A DNA stretch of 63,983 nucleotides, counting the filler, from Reclinomonas americana ATCC 50394 (Eukaryota), in assembly GCA_048213135.1 (NCBI GenBank). It is 6 parts of 4 records of this genome, joined end to end, with 100 filler letters (N's around TTAATTAATTAA, not from the genome) between each part and the next. Parts side by side here need not be neighbours in the genome. Positions count along the whole stretch, not along the records: positions 17,999 to 44,102 come from PS015236.1; 5 more parts are not named here. One strand, written 5' to 3'. Positions 27,541 to 41,634 of the stretch are shown here, one piece after another; positions within the stretch are counted from its first letter, which is position 1; every line of letters begins with the position of its first letter. The notes beneath the pieces were generated by a model, which searched no databases, was not told the origin of the DNA, and saw nothing but the letters and a program-made list of their open reading frames with translations. Both the position numbers and the translations under genes were made by a program.

Positions 27541-30500
27541 TTAGGCGACTCGGACATCATCCACCGGTTCCAGCTCATCATCCACCGGTTCCAGCTCATG
27601 ATCATCATCCACCGGTTCCAGCTCATCATCCACCGGTTCCAGCTCATCATCCACCGGTTCCAGCTCAATGTCTCCCACGTGAACGGGCTGCGGAAAACAG
27701 TCAATCAGTTCGAGTCGACGCCAGGCAGAGAGCGGTGACATGAAGCAGATGAACCAGGCAAGACGCAACTGCATTTGCCTGCACGTGCACTGGCATCGGC
27801 ATTGCATAGTCCCGTGCACGTTGTTCCTCGAGACGCCGGCGTCGATGGCGAACGAGGGCGTAGATCAAGAACGCCACCAACCCTCCACCAATCACGGTGC
27901 TGAGGACGATTCCGGCGATGGCACCCGCACTCAAACGCGGCGTACTCTCGTACACCGAAATGCTCAGCGCGCGACCGGAGTAGTAGTCTTGTGCCGCGGC
28001 GAAACTGTGCAGAGTGCAGGGTTGGTGTCACAGCACGACACAACATGGTCTCTCTCACAAGGAATGGGAGTACCGATAGCACACGTAGTAGTCGCCGGAG
28101 CTGCGTGACGACCTGGCTGAGAATGTCACTTGCGTGCCATCTGAAGAGGCCTGGCGTGTGGTGGCACTGTCGACAACAAACTCCTGGTCTGCATTCAGCA
28201 TGGCGTCAACACTGGTGCAGTTACGGCCACGCGGAATCACGTGAATCTCGTCCGCAGCCGAGAAGCCAGAGCCCAGCAACGTGATGGTGACTGCCGAGTT
28301 GCTCTGCACTCTGGATGGTGACGGTGCGGAGGAGATTGTCTGCACGGCGACCACGGACGACGCAGTGGGCACAGTAGCGTCGGCAAAGCGATAGCAGAAG
28401 GCCAGCTGCGTCTCAGACACTGCGCGAGACAGGGTTACCGGGACGGTCATGCGAGTGTTCGCAGCCACCATTGTCGGGGTGGCAACAGCGATCTCGGAAG
28501 GCATACTGGCGCTGGTGGACGCCGAGGCACAGGAACTTGCAGCCGAGAGTGCACCAACACTCCTGTTCGAGCGGTGCTGCATAGAGGGCCCGGGAGCAGC
28601 ATCGGCAGAGGGCACAGCAGTGCTGGCACCCACCACGAGCAGTTGGTCATCAATGTTCAGCCCGTAGCCAGAAATGGTGACTGCCGTGTAAAGACAACAG
28701 AGTTACTCACAAGTGTGAGTATCATCAGGTGCACAACACACACGCACCGATAGTAGTCGTTCCAGACGCCAAGGAACTCGGCGTAATGGTGGTGACGCCT
28801 TGGACGTAGTACATCATGCCACCGCCTGACCTGGTCAGAATCAAGTCGTTGAAAGTCCCGGCAATGCCACTCAGGCTGATGCACACGCGATATTCGCCCG
28901 CCTGCAAGCCCTGTACAGTTGCCTGCAGCATCGATCCCGGTGTGTCCGCGTCGACAACAGGGGCGAGAGTTACCGCCAAAACAGAGGCTGAAGTTGACGA
29001 CAGGACCGAGCATTGTGTGGCAGACGCCACGAATGCCACGGTGGTGCTGCTTGGCAACCTGCAATCACAAGCTTGGCGTGAGATACGAGCAGTGTGGTAC
29101 CATACTCGGGGTGAATAAGTGACGAACGCATAGCCGCTGATGGCAATCGACGTGGCGACTGCCGGGGGCCCGCGAATGGGAACCATTCCCGATGACCACT
29201 GCACGTTGAGGGGGGTGGTTGACACGAGGAAAATACTCGTTGCGTCCATTCTGCGAAGTGACAACAATGATATCAACAAAAAGAGTGCCAAGTGAAGAAT
29301 CAAGCAGAAAGCACGGAACTGCAAGCAGAGGAATATCGGATCGGTCACGGCAGTGAAGAGGGTGAAAGTGTCGGTGGCACCAGTTGATGAAACAGTACCG
29401 ACAGTAATGAAACTGTCGGTGAAGCCACTCGTAGGTGACACGCATGTGGTGCTTGTCGACACAAAGTACTACGCGCGATGCATCTTGCCATCAGCGACGT
29501 TCGCCACTCACGCACACAGACTGCTTTGTGTGTGGGGCACAACACGAACCACATCGGTGGAAAGCAGCTGGACGCCGGCCACAGTCACCACGGTAATAGT
29601 GCGCAGCTTGATGAATGCCGGTGAGAAATCGCCAGTTGTACCGCTGCACGCACACAGAACAGAGAGAGAGAGAGAGAGAGTCGCATGATAGTGAGTACGG
29701 CAGCAGCACAGCTCGCATTCAGAAGCACGCCATACTCACCGAACGGCAAGGGAACCTGCGTGGGATGGAGCACAATAGTGAGTGACACAAAGTATTCACA
29801 AGAGACAGGATTAGTGTCTCTCGCTTACCCGGAACGGCTTCAGCAGTGGAAGATCCAGCAAACCTGTCGGCAAGGGAAAGAAAGATGAGACACAACGAAA
29901 TAGACTCTTCTCCTGCTTGAACACAAACCGATAGCAGAGAATGAGAGCAGCCTTGGCCTTCGAGCCGAGTACGGTGACGAACACCGATTGACTCGATGTC
30001 GACACCAACGACTGAACCGTGACAGCACTCGATTGATTTGCGTTCGCACCACCGCAGCTGCTAGCTGCGTCAATGACGGTAATCATATCGGACGAGCTCA
30101 CACTGTGCGCAGGTATAGATATATCAGCAGCTGCGCCACCACCAAATGCAATGACAAGCACCACGAACCCCAGTCCTTGCACCGTGAGAACAGTGGGTTT
30201 CTGCATGGTGATTACTGATGGAGTGAAGCTGGTAACACCTATGACACGAACACGAGTCAGCGACAACTGTAAACGTATCCCAGAAGCGTGCGCGCATACG
30301 CACCTCGCACAAGAAGAGTTGCAGTGCTTACGGCGAGATAGACACCGGGCTTGAGGGTTTCGTAGCACACATAGTAGGTGCCTGAAGCCGCATTTGTCAT
30401 CGTCAGTGTTACGGACAGGGAGGCGGCGGTGGGTGATGTCGGGGAAGCTGAGGACAGACAATGAGCATTGTCAACGAGCAGTAACGTAGAACATAATAAA

Positions 30501-33500
30501 AACTCGCCACTCACCGAGAGAAAAGCTTGGCACCGCGGCCGCACAGTCACTAGTCGCGGAAATTCTCAGCGGCATCGCGCTCGACAATCCGTACCCACTC
30601 ATCGTCATCGTAACAGTCGCGCTTGCGCCGACGCTCTGCGTGAATTGAAGTGCGTGAACACACAAAAGGAGCGCTTCCACGCAAACTCGCTCCATACCTG
30701 CGGCGAGAATGACATGATGCCGTACACAGCAAGCGATCCGCCATTAACGAGTATGGCGGAAGTCGCACCCGGCAGCAAGATGCAGAGACTGATTCCCTGG
30801 ACAGCCGATGTCACCACCGTTGGTGTCGCGCTGCAAGTGAGCGTCGTGGCGGTGGCCGCCTGGCATCCACTGACAGTGAAACTGCTCGACGACGTTGTAT
30901 TTCCACAGCTGAGGTTGTCAGCGACGCCGAAAACGGAGGTGGTTCCCGTCAAGCTCACTCCTGTTATCGTGAGAATGGTCGTCTGGTTGTGATTGATCAC
31001 CACCGGCGAAAACGACGTCGTTCCTGCAGACGTGGCATGTCACTCAACAATAGAGGAAGGAGGGGAAAAGAGGGTAGCCAGCTGCAGCGGTTTACCTCGC
31101 ACGACCAGGCGAACGGGTGACGTCGTGTACGTCGCCGCCGACTCGAAACTGCACAGTTGCATGTGTGAGAAGGCACGCCTTTTTGCGCACAAAACGCACA
31201 CACGGACGTACCGCACACACACTGTGAAGCTCCCGGCAACAACAGCTGCCGCCTGCACAGTAATCGGCAGATTGGTTCCAGTGATCGAAGAGTTGGCGGT
31301 GACTTGCACAGTGATGTTGGGCACGCTCACGGGAGGCGTCGCAGCCGCACAGTCGGAACCGTCGGCAATAATGGCCACCGCGACATTCGTGGTGAACCCG
31401 AATCCGCCGACTGTCACACTGGCGGCAGCACCGGCATTGATGGTCGCGGGGTTCAGCAGCGCAAGACCTTGGACATAGAAAGGCATAGACATTGGTGTGT
31501 AGGCCGTCGGGTCCACCGATCTGTACCGCACACAAATTGGAGGTGAGAACATGGAAGGCTGTGCACATCGCAACATTCCAGCCACAGCGGCGCAACTTGA
31601 AGCACACAATGTACTGTCCCGCGGTTGGGGCCGTGACACTGAATGTGAGAGTTGTTCCAGCAGAATTCGCCACTGGCGCACCTGTGTACGATCGCACGTA
31701 CCAAATAAGTGACGAGAATAAGGAGAGAGGGAGGCAAGGCGGGGAGTCTACAATTCACGATTAAGCACTCACCCGTCGTGACAGTGGTGGCAGTGGTCGC
31801 ACAGTCTGCTGTCGGTGAGCTCGGCACCAGTCGCACCAAGTTGCCAGTAGACGGAAATGCAAGGCCAGTCAACACAACCGTCGTGGTCACTGCCGGTGCG
31901 ATCGCTGTGGGACTAACTGATGTGCTACCAGATATCGTCAGCGCGCCAGGCACTGCCACCGCCTGTGTCGCGCCGCTGAATCTGTTGTACACAGCTCAGT
32001 GAACATTNNNNNNNNNNNNNNNNNNNNNNNNNNNNNNNNNNNNNNNNNNNNNNNNNNNNNNNNNNNNNNNNNNNNNNNNNNNNNNNNNNNNNNNNNNNNN
32101 NNNNNNNNNNNNNNNNNNNNNNNNNNNNNNNNNNNNNNNNNNNNNNNNNNNNNNNNNNNNNNNNNNNNNNNNNNNNNNNNNNNNNNNNNNNNNNNNNNNN
32201 NNNNNNNNNNNNNNNNNNNNNNNNNNNNNNNNNNNNNNNNNNNNNNNNNNAGAAATTGCCAAACACACACTTCTTGCAGCAAACACGCACCTCACGCAGA
32301 TTGTCAAACTCTGCGTAGCCGTCGTCGTCACCGATCCAAACACCAGACCCACATCTGCTACTGTTGCCGACCCAAGACTGATACCACTCTCTGCTGCCGC
32401 TGGTATGCACGACGCGCCGCCAGCCACACCAAACACAGTATCACTGAAGTACAACAGAGAGCGTCAGATGATATCACACAAGTAACTAAGTTGTCTAAAT
32501 GAACTCTGCGCAACGAGGTCTGCAGTCCAACACCGGAGACCGTCAGCGAGCGCGTCAATCCGAGTTGCAAGACCGCCGGCGACAGTCCCGAGATGCTGAT
32601 CACTCGAAGTGCAGTCGCAACGGCTCTCGTGCCGGTCGTTCCCACACGGCAGCACAATGTGTACGAGCCGCCTGCCGCTGAGCCCGAGTTGACAGTGGCA
32701 CTCAGAGCCGAGTTGTCAGACGCCGTGGACGACAATGTCGACAGGCTGAAGGCGCCGACAGGTGCACCTGAACACGACGCGCCAGCTCCAGCAACGACAG
32801 ACAGCTGCACAGTGGCCGGAGACAATCCCCACCCCGTGAATGCAATAGCCGTGGCCGTGTTGGACAGCAACGCACTCGGCGTGAACGCGCTGATCCCGAC
32901 GACGGAGAACACAGACGAGGTAACGGCCACCGACGGCAGAGATCCGATCGTGTAGCACACTGTGCGTGGAACACACGCCAATTGAGGGACAACACCTTCG
33001 ACTTCATCCAGCACACTTGGCTCCCGCCCACAAACGCAACAAGTGAACGGTCCCACAGTCGATCCAGTTGTCATCGTGAATGTCGCATTCGTGCCATTCA
33101 GCATTACGGACTGCATGCTTCCAAAGGTGTTGTCCGCGCTGCCGGTGCATGACGCACTGCTACCAGGCACGAATTTGATGGTCAGCGAGCCGCTGATGCC
33201 GTTGCCTGTCAGCGAGAATTGCTCGCTGCCAGTCGCCGGAGCCGATGCGGTTGGAGTGAACAGACTCACGCCAGCGATCTGTACCATGGCAAGAGACAGA
33301 GAGGGAGAGAGAGAGCAAAGATATCAAAACCTGGCTTTGATCAAACAAATCAGGAGCTCACGAGCGTGCGCAACAGTCATGGCCACTGTTCCTGCTTGGA
33401 AAGCAGACGTATTGCCAGCAGGCCTGTGAACACACAACATGAGCGATGCAGAGTAACGCAAGGCTCGGTGGCTGGCGATCACAACGCAACTGAATGCACA

Positions 33501-34196
33501 TCAGGAAGTTCTGTGGCACTGCCGTGGCCACCGCCAGTGTCATTTGCGTCGTCTGTGTGATGGTGCTCGCCGTCACTGTGACCGATGAGATTGGAGCTCC
33601 TGTTGCGCAGTTGGAGTTGGTAGCCACCGCCCATGCCGACGCGACTGCACCCGTCGGCAGCATTGTGCCTATTTGTGTGCAAGAGCAAGAGTCAGCGCAC
33701 CTGAAAGTCAATACGATCGCAGCACGGATACACAGTGTACACACACACCACTCGCAATGACGGTGGTGGTTGTCCGGACGGTGTCATTGACGGCGGCGAG
33801 AGTCGGCGACACGCTGGAGATGCCTGTTGGGGAGGGGGCTCCTTGATTTGGTAACACGAACACCACGACCGAGAGCGACCAGCAACAAACCTCCAATGCT
33901 TACAATACTGGTGCCATAAGAGGTCCAGTTCAAACCACTCACTCTGCCGTTTCACAATGGTACCCATAAGTGGGGAGAGGCGCGACTGAAGAGTATCTCA
34001 TCATATGTGGTACGAAACTGATAGCACACGACGTATTGTCCAGCGATTGCCGAGAAAACACTGGCAGACATTGTCGTCCCACTCCCGTTCACTGCCGGCG
34101 TTCCTGCGCGAACGTGAACACGGCATATTTCAGCAAGTGATCACAACGAGTGGTGAAAAGGAGAGAAAGCAAGGGTGACATCGAGACAGAGAGGGA

Positions 34197-34237
<41 letters not shown>

Positions 34238-37200
34238 AGGGTGGGAGGAACGATACTAACTTTAGTAATGTCGACAACACACGNNNNNNNNNNNNNNNNN
34301 NNNNNNNNNNNNNNNNNNNNNNNNNNNNNNNNNNNNNNNNNNNNNNNNNNNNNNNNNNNNNNNNNNNNNNNNNNNNNNNNNNNNNNNNNNNNNNNNNNNN
34401 NNNNNNNNNNNNNNNNNNNNNNNNNNNNNNNNNNNNNNNNNNNNNNNNNNNNNNNNNNNNNNNNNNNNNNNNNNNNNNNNNNNNNNNNNNNNNNNNNNNN
34501 NNNNNNNNNNNNNNNNNNNNNNNNNNNNNNNNNNNNNNNNNNNNNNNNNNNNNNNNNNNNNNNNNNNNNNNNNNNNNNNNNNNNNNNNNNNNNNNNNNNN
34601 NNNNNNNNNNNNNNNNNNNNNNNNNNNNNNNNNNNNNNNNNNNNNNNNNNNNAGAGAAAGAGGGTGGGAGGAACGATACAACTTTAGTAATGTCGACAAC
34701 ACACGCACCCGTGGTAACAGTGGTGGCAGTGGTCGCGCAGTCTGGCGTCGGTGAGCTCGGCACCAGTCGCACCAAGTTGCCAGCAGACGGAAATCCGAAA
34801 CCTGTCAGCACAATCGTCGTGGTCACAGCCGGTGCAATCGACGTGGGACTGACTGATGCAACACCAGATATCGTCAGAGTACCGGGCACCGCAATCGCTT
34901 GCGTCGCACCGCTGAACCTGTTGTACACTGCTCAGTGAACAATTGCCACACATTCTCTCTGCAATGTACACGCACCTCACGCAGATGGTCAAACTCTGCG
35001 GAGCCGTCGTCGTCACCGACCCAAACACCAGACCCACATCCACTACTGTTGCCGACCCAAGACTGATACCGTTCGCCACCGCAGCCGATGCACACGACGC
35101 GCCGCCAGCGGCAGCAAACACAGTATCACTGCGACACAGGAGAGTTGTCAGCACAGAACCGCACATATACCTATACGTTTGCACAAATGTGGTACGCAAC
35201 GACGACTGCAGTCCAACACCAGTAACCGTCAGCGAGCTTGTCATACCGAGTTGCAAGACCGCCGGCGACAGTCCCGACACGCTGTTCACTCGAAGCGCAG
35301 TCGCAACGGCTCTCGTTCCCGTTGTTCCCACACGGCAGCACAATGTGTAAGTGCCGCTAGCAGCCGACCCAGAGTTAAAAGTTGCGCTCAACGCCGAGTT
35401 ATCCGACGCCGTAGACGACAGTGTCGACACGCTAAACGCGGTAATCTCCGTGCCTGAACACGATGCGCCAGCTCCAGCAACAAGAAACAGTCGCACAGTG
35501 GCCGGGGCCAATCCCCACCCAGTGAACGCGATAACCGTGGCCGTATTGGACAGCAAGGCGCTCGGTGTAAACGAGCTGATTCCCACGAGAGAGTAAACGG
35601 ACGAACTCACGGCCACCATCGGCAGAGATCCGATCGTGTAGCACACTGTGCGTGGAACACACGCCAATTGAGGGACAACATCTTCGACTTCATCCAACAC
35701 ACTTGGCTCCCGCCCACAAACGCAACAAGTGAACGGTCCCACAGTCGATCCAGTGGTCATCGTAAATGTCGCACTGGAGCCGCTCAGCGACACAGACTGG
35801 ATGCTTCCAAACGTGTTGTCTGCGCTCCCGGCGCATGACACGTTCACACCAGCAACAAATTTGACGGCCAGCGATCCGCTGATGCCGTTGCCTGTCAACG
35901 AGAAAAGCTCATTGGCAGTCGCCGGAGCCGATGCGGTCGGAGTGAACAGACTCACGCCAGCGATCTGCAAAACACACACGGCAACAGAGAAAGCAAGAGT
36001 ATCAACAACTGCCTTGCTCTAAGCCGTCAAGAGATCACGAGCGCGCGCAACAGTCACGGCCACTGTTCCCGCTTGGAAAGCAGTCGAATAGCCGGCAGGC
36101 CTGCAGAACACAAATCAAGATCGTGAGTGATGAGAAAGAGTGCAAGGCTCGGTAGCATCGACTGGCGATAGCAACGCAACTGAATGCACATCAGGAAGTT
36201 CTGCGGCACTGCCGTGGCCACCGTCAGCGTCATCTGCGTCGTCTGGGTGATGGTACTCGCCGTCACAGTAACCGATGAGATTGGAGATCCCGTAGAGCAG
36301 TTGGTGCTCGTGGCCACTGCCCATGCAGACGCACTTACGCCTGTCGGCAACATAGAACCTGTTTGAACGTGCCAGTGCACGATAAGTCAATGTGGTCACA
36401 AAGCACACAACCACGAAGGCACACAAAGACACAAACCGCCCGCAATGAAAGTCGTGGTCGTTCGGGCGGAGTCATTGACAGCAGCGAGAGTCGGCGACAG
36501 GCTCGAGATGCCTGCAAAGCATCATTTGTGAATTACAGTCTCAATATGAGCAACACATAAAAACTAGCCTCCAACGTTGACAGTGCTGGTGCCGTAAGAG
36601 GTCCAGCTCAGGCCACTCACTCTGCAACTGCGTGTAAGCGTTCATCTTCGTCAAAGCACACACTGCATCGCAGCACGCAACTGGTAGCAAATGGTGTACG
36701 ACACGCCCGCAGCGGCGGAAGTGGTCGAAATTGTACCGCTGTTGCTCGAGAAGCCGGCTGACGTGGGCGTCAAGGTCACCGCACTGGAACCAGTCAGTCC
36801 GTTGCAGTCAAAGACGGGAGATGGCCCCGCCTTCAGTGTGAGTGAGCTGAGGCACACGCCGCTCATCGAAAACGATGTGGTAGACGGTGCCCAAACCGCA
36901 GTTGGCGACGACGACGTGACGCCACACACGGTCAATCCTGTCCATTGCCAACAACCAGAAGCGAGTGAGTGTAGGTAGGCGGAGGCAACACACAGCTCAA
37001 CTCATGACTGCACCTCCGATCGCCGTCGCCACGGACGAGCCGGAAAAGCTGTTCGGGTCCACTCGTGAGCGATACAAAGAGCAGGCATTCGCTCAAACCC
37101 GATGAAAGCTTAGCACACCGAATGCACAGTGTGGATGTCGAGGTGGGAGTAGGTGCGTTGACGGTGACTTGCAGGGAAAACGATGTCGCTGAGCCCACCT

Positions 37201-39084
37201 GCGCTAAGGTCACCTGCCCGCCTGCAGAACAACTTCCAGCGTTGATCAAGTACACCGAATCACCGTTCTGGAATCCAGCTCCCGAGACCTGCAGTGTGCA
37301 ACCGTGAGAGGAGTGCGACTCAAGAGCACTGATGATATTGAATAAGACGAACGATGATTGAAGTTGAGACTTGAACGAGAATCGTCGACGGTGACAAGCC
37401 GGTTGTGCCTTGAACGTACAGGATGCCGGGGATGTTGAATGCGTTGGAAAAAGTTGCCCCTGTCTCATAATTCACGCTGTAGGTGACGCAGACGGAGTAG
37501 GCACCGGGGGTGTTGCCGATGACCACGCCAGTCGCTATCGTGTTTGAAAATGAGAAGCTGAACGGGGCTGCACAGATCCACGTATAAGGTGAGCTAATTA
37601 TGTGTGCGACTCAGAAAACGTGGTGTATGGACTGGTAAAACCGCACTATAGCCAGCTCCTGCGGCAGTGGTGGCAAATGACGAGCAAGAGTTGCCAGAGG
37701 CGATGAATTTGAATTGAACGGCGTTCAGAGCGCCGCCGGTGATGCTCCAGTTTTGCTGAGAGCCCGCTGCGACGTACTGCGCGAACACAAAACGGCGACA
37801 GTGAGGCAAGGCGATTGGCTTGCAATAAGAAAATCATGGTCACGGAAGGGGCATCTCTGGAGAAAAAGAATTTACGCAGAACTGCTGCATGCAAATGTGT
37901 GTGTATATAATATGTTGTGTGTGTGTGTGACAGTGAGTGAGAGAGAGAGAAAGAGAGAGAGAGAGAGCAACGGGAAGAGCTCGACAGGAATACATTCAGA
38001 AGAATGCAATCAACACAGCGAGGAGTGGCCGTACGCGTGGCAAGGTGATTGCCTGCGAAAGAGAGGCAGAGAAAGCGGCAGGAAGCGACAGAGCGGGAGA
38101 GGGAGGCGTGTGTGTGAGAGAGAGGGAGAGAGGGGGTGAGTGAGAGAAAGACATTGATCTGTGTCGGTGCACACCACTAATTGAAGGTACGTGCACTCAC
38201 AAAGAGGTCACATGCAAGCGCAATTGTGTGCTACACGCCAAGCAAGTCGCGGAGGAGTATTCGCGCGCGAGAACGACGATTTCGAGAGAACGAAACAAGA
38301 CGGTAGAGGACAAACAACAGACTCCAAAGAGACAAAGAGTCTTGGGGGAAAGAGGGAGGATGCAGGAGGAGTGCCGCACTCACCGTGGGCGAGAAACTGG
38401 TCGCCCCGATGACGTTAATGCTGTACGCGTAGGACGGGCCAGTCTGCACGCTGTCTGCGCCGTAAAAGTAGCACATCTGATACGCGCCAGGCTGACTGGA
38501 TGAGTTGATCGTGATGCGTGCAAATCCACCAGAGAAGAAGGCTTCGGTAAAATAAAACGCCGACAACGCAGACGATGAAGAGCACGAGGCTCCATTGGCT
38601 ACCACCAGAAACTGGTCAATTTTGAGCACGAAACAATCAAACATGTTAGCCGCGAATTCGAACGCAGAACAGGGTGTTGTCGCAGCGAGCTCTAATGCCT
38701 AAAACTAACTCACATTTGTAGTGTGATAGCCGGAATACCCGTCGAGGCCGTTGATGGTGAACTGCGTTGATTGGCTTGGAGCAAAGTTATTCTGAGACAT
38801 GACACCCGGCGAGAAGGCATCTGCACGCACACGCGCAGTCAGAACCACAGAAGAATGTCTCCCTGAGATGCGTGTGTATGTGTGCGCTGCACAGCGGCGA
38901 CTGCATTCCTATAGCTACATATGATCAGGATATGGATACAATTTCTAGATCTGCATACTGCACTTCTATTCTGCACCACTGTCTGGTGGGATAGCCTTCA
39001 CACTGCACCTGCATGCAGCACCGCGAGTGCAAAGCACAAGAGCGCGACGGCCAGGGCGGCGAAAGGAGCACGGCGGGGCGACAT
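27541..39084 (-). CDS. Giant type-I cell-surface protein: signal peptide, many Ser/Thr-rich Cys-paired Ig/IPT-like repeats, single TM helix, acidic repeat tail
   Basis: N-terminus MSPRRAPFAALAVALLCFALAVLHAG; repeated modules of about 110-120 aa (S..SP...T.TG.G...C...G.Y..C.R); TM GAIAGIVLSTVIGGGLVAFLIYALV followed by RHRRRR; last exon 27687-27541 encodes (ELEPVDD)x5. Dozens of short GT-AG introns. Confidence 0.8.
27555..27666. repeat. 21-nt tandem repeat (CATCATCCACCGGTTCCAGCT) x5, coding on the minus strand
   Basis: Directly visible; one unit carries a 6-nt insertion. Confidence 0.95.
31770..36625 (-). repeat. Intragenic segmental duplication (about 31770-33940 vs 34705-36625)
   Basis: Collinear exons and intron positions, e.g. 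YNRFSGATQA(V/I)AVPG and IAGVSLFTPTASAPAT each occur twice. Confidence 0.85.
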
Positions 39085-39890
39085 TTCCACGCAAGGGAGC
39101 CGATCGGAAAAACACACTGGCACGCAGAGCACACTGAAATGCAAGAAGCGCTGGATAGAATGTTCGGTGGCACGTACACTGCTGCCACGCGTCTGTTTTT
39201 TGCGACTGAGAGAAGGATGCAGGAGGTGGTGTCGTCTCCGCGACAAATTATTGATTATTGTGGGGACGACAGGTTTGGCGGACAGCGACTCCGACCGTGG
39301 ACTGGATCAAACACGACACGACTTGGACGATCAATGCATGATGTTTTCTGGACACACGCCAGCGACAGGAAAGCAACCACTCTCCCCCCACAGTTTGCCT
39401 CCCAGCAACACAGCGGCACGATGATCACGACTCCCTCCACGGTGCTCCAGTATTTGGCCGTACGTATACGAGGCAGTACTAGTGCGCGTGCTCGCAGCGT
39501 GTATATATTGATCATGAATATGACAAGAACATGACGAATCTCAGTTGCTGCCACCAGCACCAGGCCCATTCGATCTGAGGTCCACCCACCCCATCCGTCC
39601 TCCCGTTGCGCACGCAGAGAACGGCTGCGCATGCGCGCGTGAGCTGCGCATGCGCTGCGCTGCGGGCATGTATTGTGATCGCGTTCCGAGCTCAAGTGGC
39701 TGCATGCACGTTCACGCCTCTTGATTCTCTGAAGCAATATGCTGCTGTACCCCAGCACCACACCAGTGTGAGTGGTCCACGTTCACGCCAACCCTGACAC
39801 TTGCCAATTGAAATCCGCCAACCTTGATTCTACTTTGACTCATCGTTGGGCGCCAGAGCTAGCCTCAATCCTCCTCCTCCACCACCTCTC

Positions 39891-40344
39891 ATGGACGTAG
39901 TTGCGTACTATTAATACCACCAAGCGAGCACTGCAATGAAGAAGGCACACCGGAGACAGAGAGACAGAAAGTGAGAGAGAGTCGCGCAGTCACACGTGTG
40001 TGGAGTGTCACTCACTCGCCACCTGTGTGTCACTGTACACACACACACTATGTACACACTCTCATGCGTGTGTCGCATGTGCAATTGAGCGCGCGTGCAG
40101 AGTGAGAAAGAGTGATCACCAATCTCAAAGAAGTCTCTTATCTCTCTCACACGCACTCTTTTGCACACTCTCTCACACACTCGCCTGATTGTGTAGCTCA
40201 TAATAGACACTCCTTATGCGCCTCTCTGGCGTGTGTTTGTGTGTTCTTGTCTGTCTCTTCTCTTCTTTATCGTCAGTCAAGTGACGCAAGCAACTAGACG
40301 CACGCGCGCACACTCGCACAGAGAGAGAGAGAGAGGCAGACAGA

Positions 40345-40418
<74 letters not shown>

Positions 40419-40996
40419 TACGTAGTAGTACGTAGTACGTACGTACCGTTNNNNNNNNNNNNNNNNNNNNNNNNNNNNNNNNNNNNNNNNNNNNNNNNNN
40501 NNNNNNNNNNNNNNNNNNNNNNNNNNNNNNNNNNNNNNNNNNNNNNNNNNNNNNNNNNNNNNNNNNNNNNNNNNNNNNNNNNNNNNNNNNNNNNNNNNNN
40601 NNNNNNNNNNNNNNNNNNNNNNNNNNNNNNNNNNNNNNNNNNNNNNNNNNNNNNNNNNNNNNNNNNNNNNNNNNNNNNNNNNNNNNNNNNNNNNNNNNNN
40701 NNNNNNNNNNNNNNNNNNNNNNNNNNNNNNNNNNNNNNNNNNNNNNNNNNNNNNNNNNNNNNNNNNNNNNNNNNNNNNNNNNNNNNNNNNNNNNNNNNNN
40801 NNNNNNNNNNNNNNNNNNNNNNNNNNNNNNNNNNNNNNNNNNNNNNNNNNNNNNNNNNNNNNNNNNNNNNNNNNNNNNNNNNNNNNNNNNNNNNNNNNNN
40901 NNNNNNNNNNNNNNNNNNNNNNNNNNNNNNNNNNNNNNNNNNNNNNNNNNNNNNNNNNNNNNNNNNNNNNNNNNNNNNNNNNNNNNNNNNNNNNNN

Positions 40997-41095
<99 letters not shown>

Positions 41096-41634
41096 CCCTT
41101 CTCTCCCCTCTCCCTTGCTGTGTCGTTCCGCTTTTTCCCGGACTCTCTCTCTTACAAGGATCATTCTTGTCTCTCTTCGTTCGCTCTCTCTTTCTCTCTC
41201 CTTCTCTTGTCCCTTGCTGCGTTCCCTCTCATCTCTCTCCTCTCCTCAGCTCTTGCAAGAGACTCATTTAGTTCGCACTCTGCTTTTTCACACACTCGCA
41301 CTTTCTCTCTTTTCCACACTCTCACTCTTTCTCCCCTCTCGCCTCTCGCATTCTTCTCTTCTGTCGCTGTCGGTATTCGAAAGAGTCACTTTTTAGTATC
41401 ATGTCACCTCACCTCCCTTCCTCTTCTCACAGCTCCCCTCCAGCAACCCAGTGTGCATCACCCCGGTGCCTGATACAGCGGACTCGACCACGGTCCCGTG
41501 GTACCTTACCTGCACCGTGGTGAGTCTGCGCCTCCTCCCTCCTCCACTGCACTTATTTTCCCCCCTGACCATGCTGTTGTTGGTTTCGCGTTGAGCAGAA
41601 GGACGTGAACCTCATGGGCGACTGGGCGTGCTGA
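39891..41634 (+). CDS. Multi-exon microprotein, about 43 aa (family member 2)
   Basis: Exons 39891-39899 (ATG GAC GTA, then GTTGCG donor), 41433-41519 (87 nt) and 41599-41634: MDVLPSSNPVCITPVPDTADSTTVPWYLTCTVKDVNLMGDWAC*. The first intron contains a gap. Confidence 0.55.

Noticed and set aside
27555-27666. CRISPR-like appearance of the 21-nt repeats
   Set aside because: No unique spacers and no cas genes; it is a coding tandem repeat in a eukaryotic gene.
34232-34704. The same 50-nt sequence on both sides of a gap
   Set aside because: Most simply an unmerged contig overlap rather than a real direct repeat.
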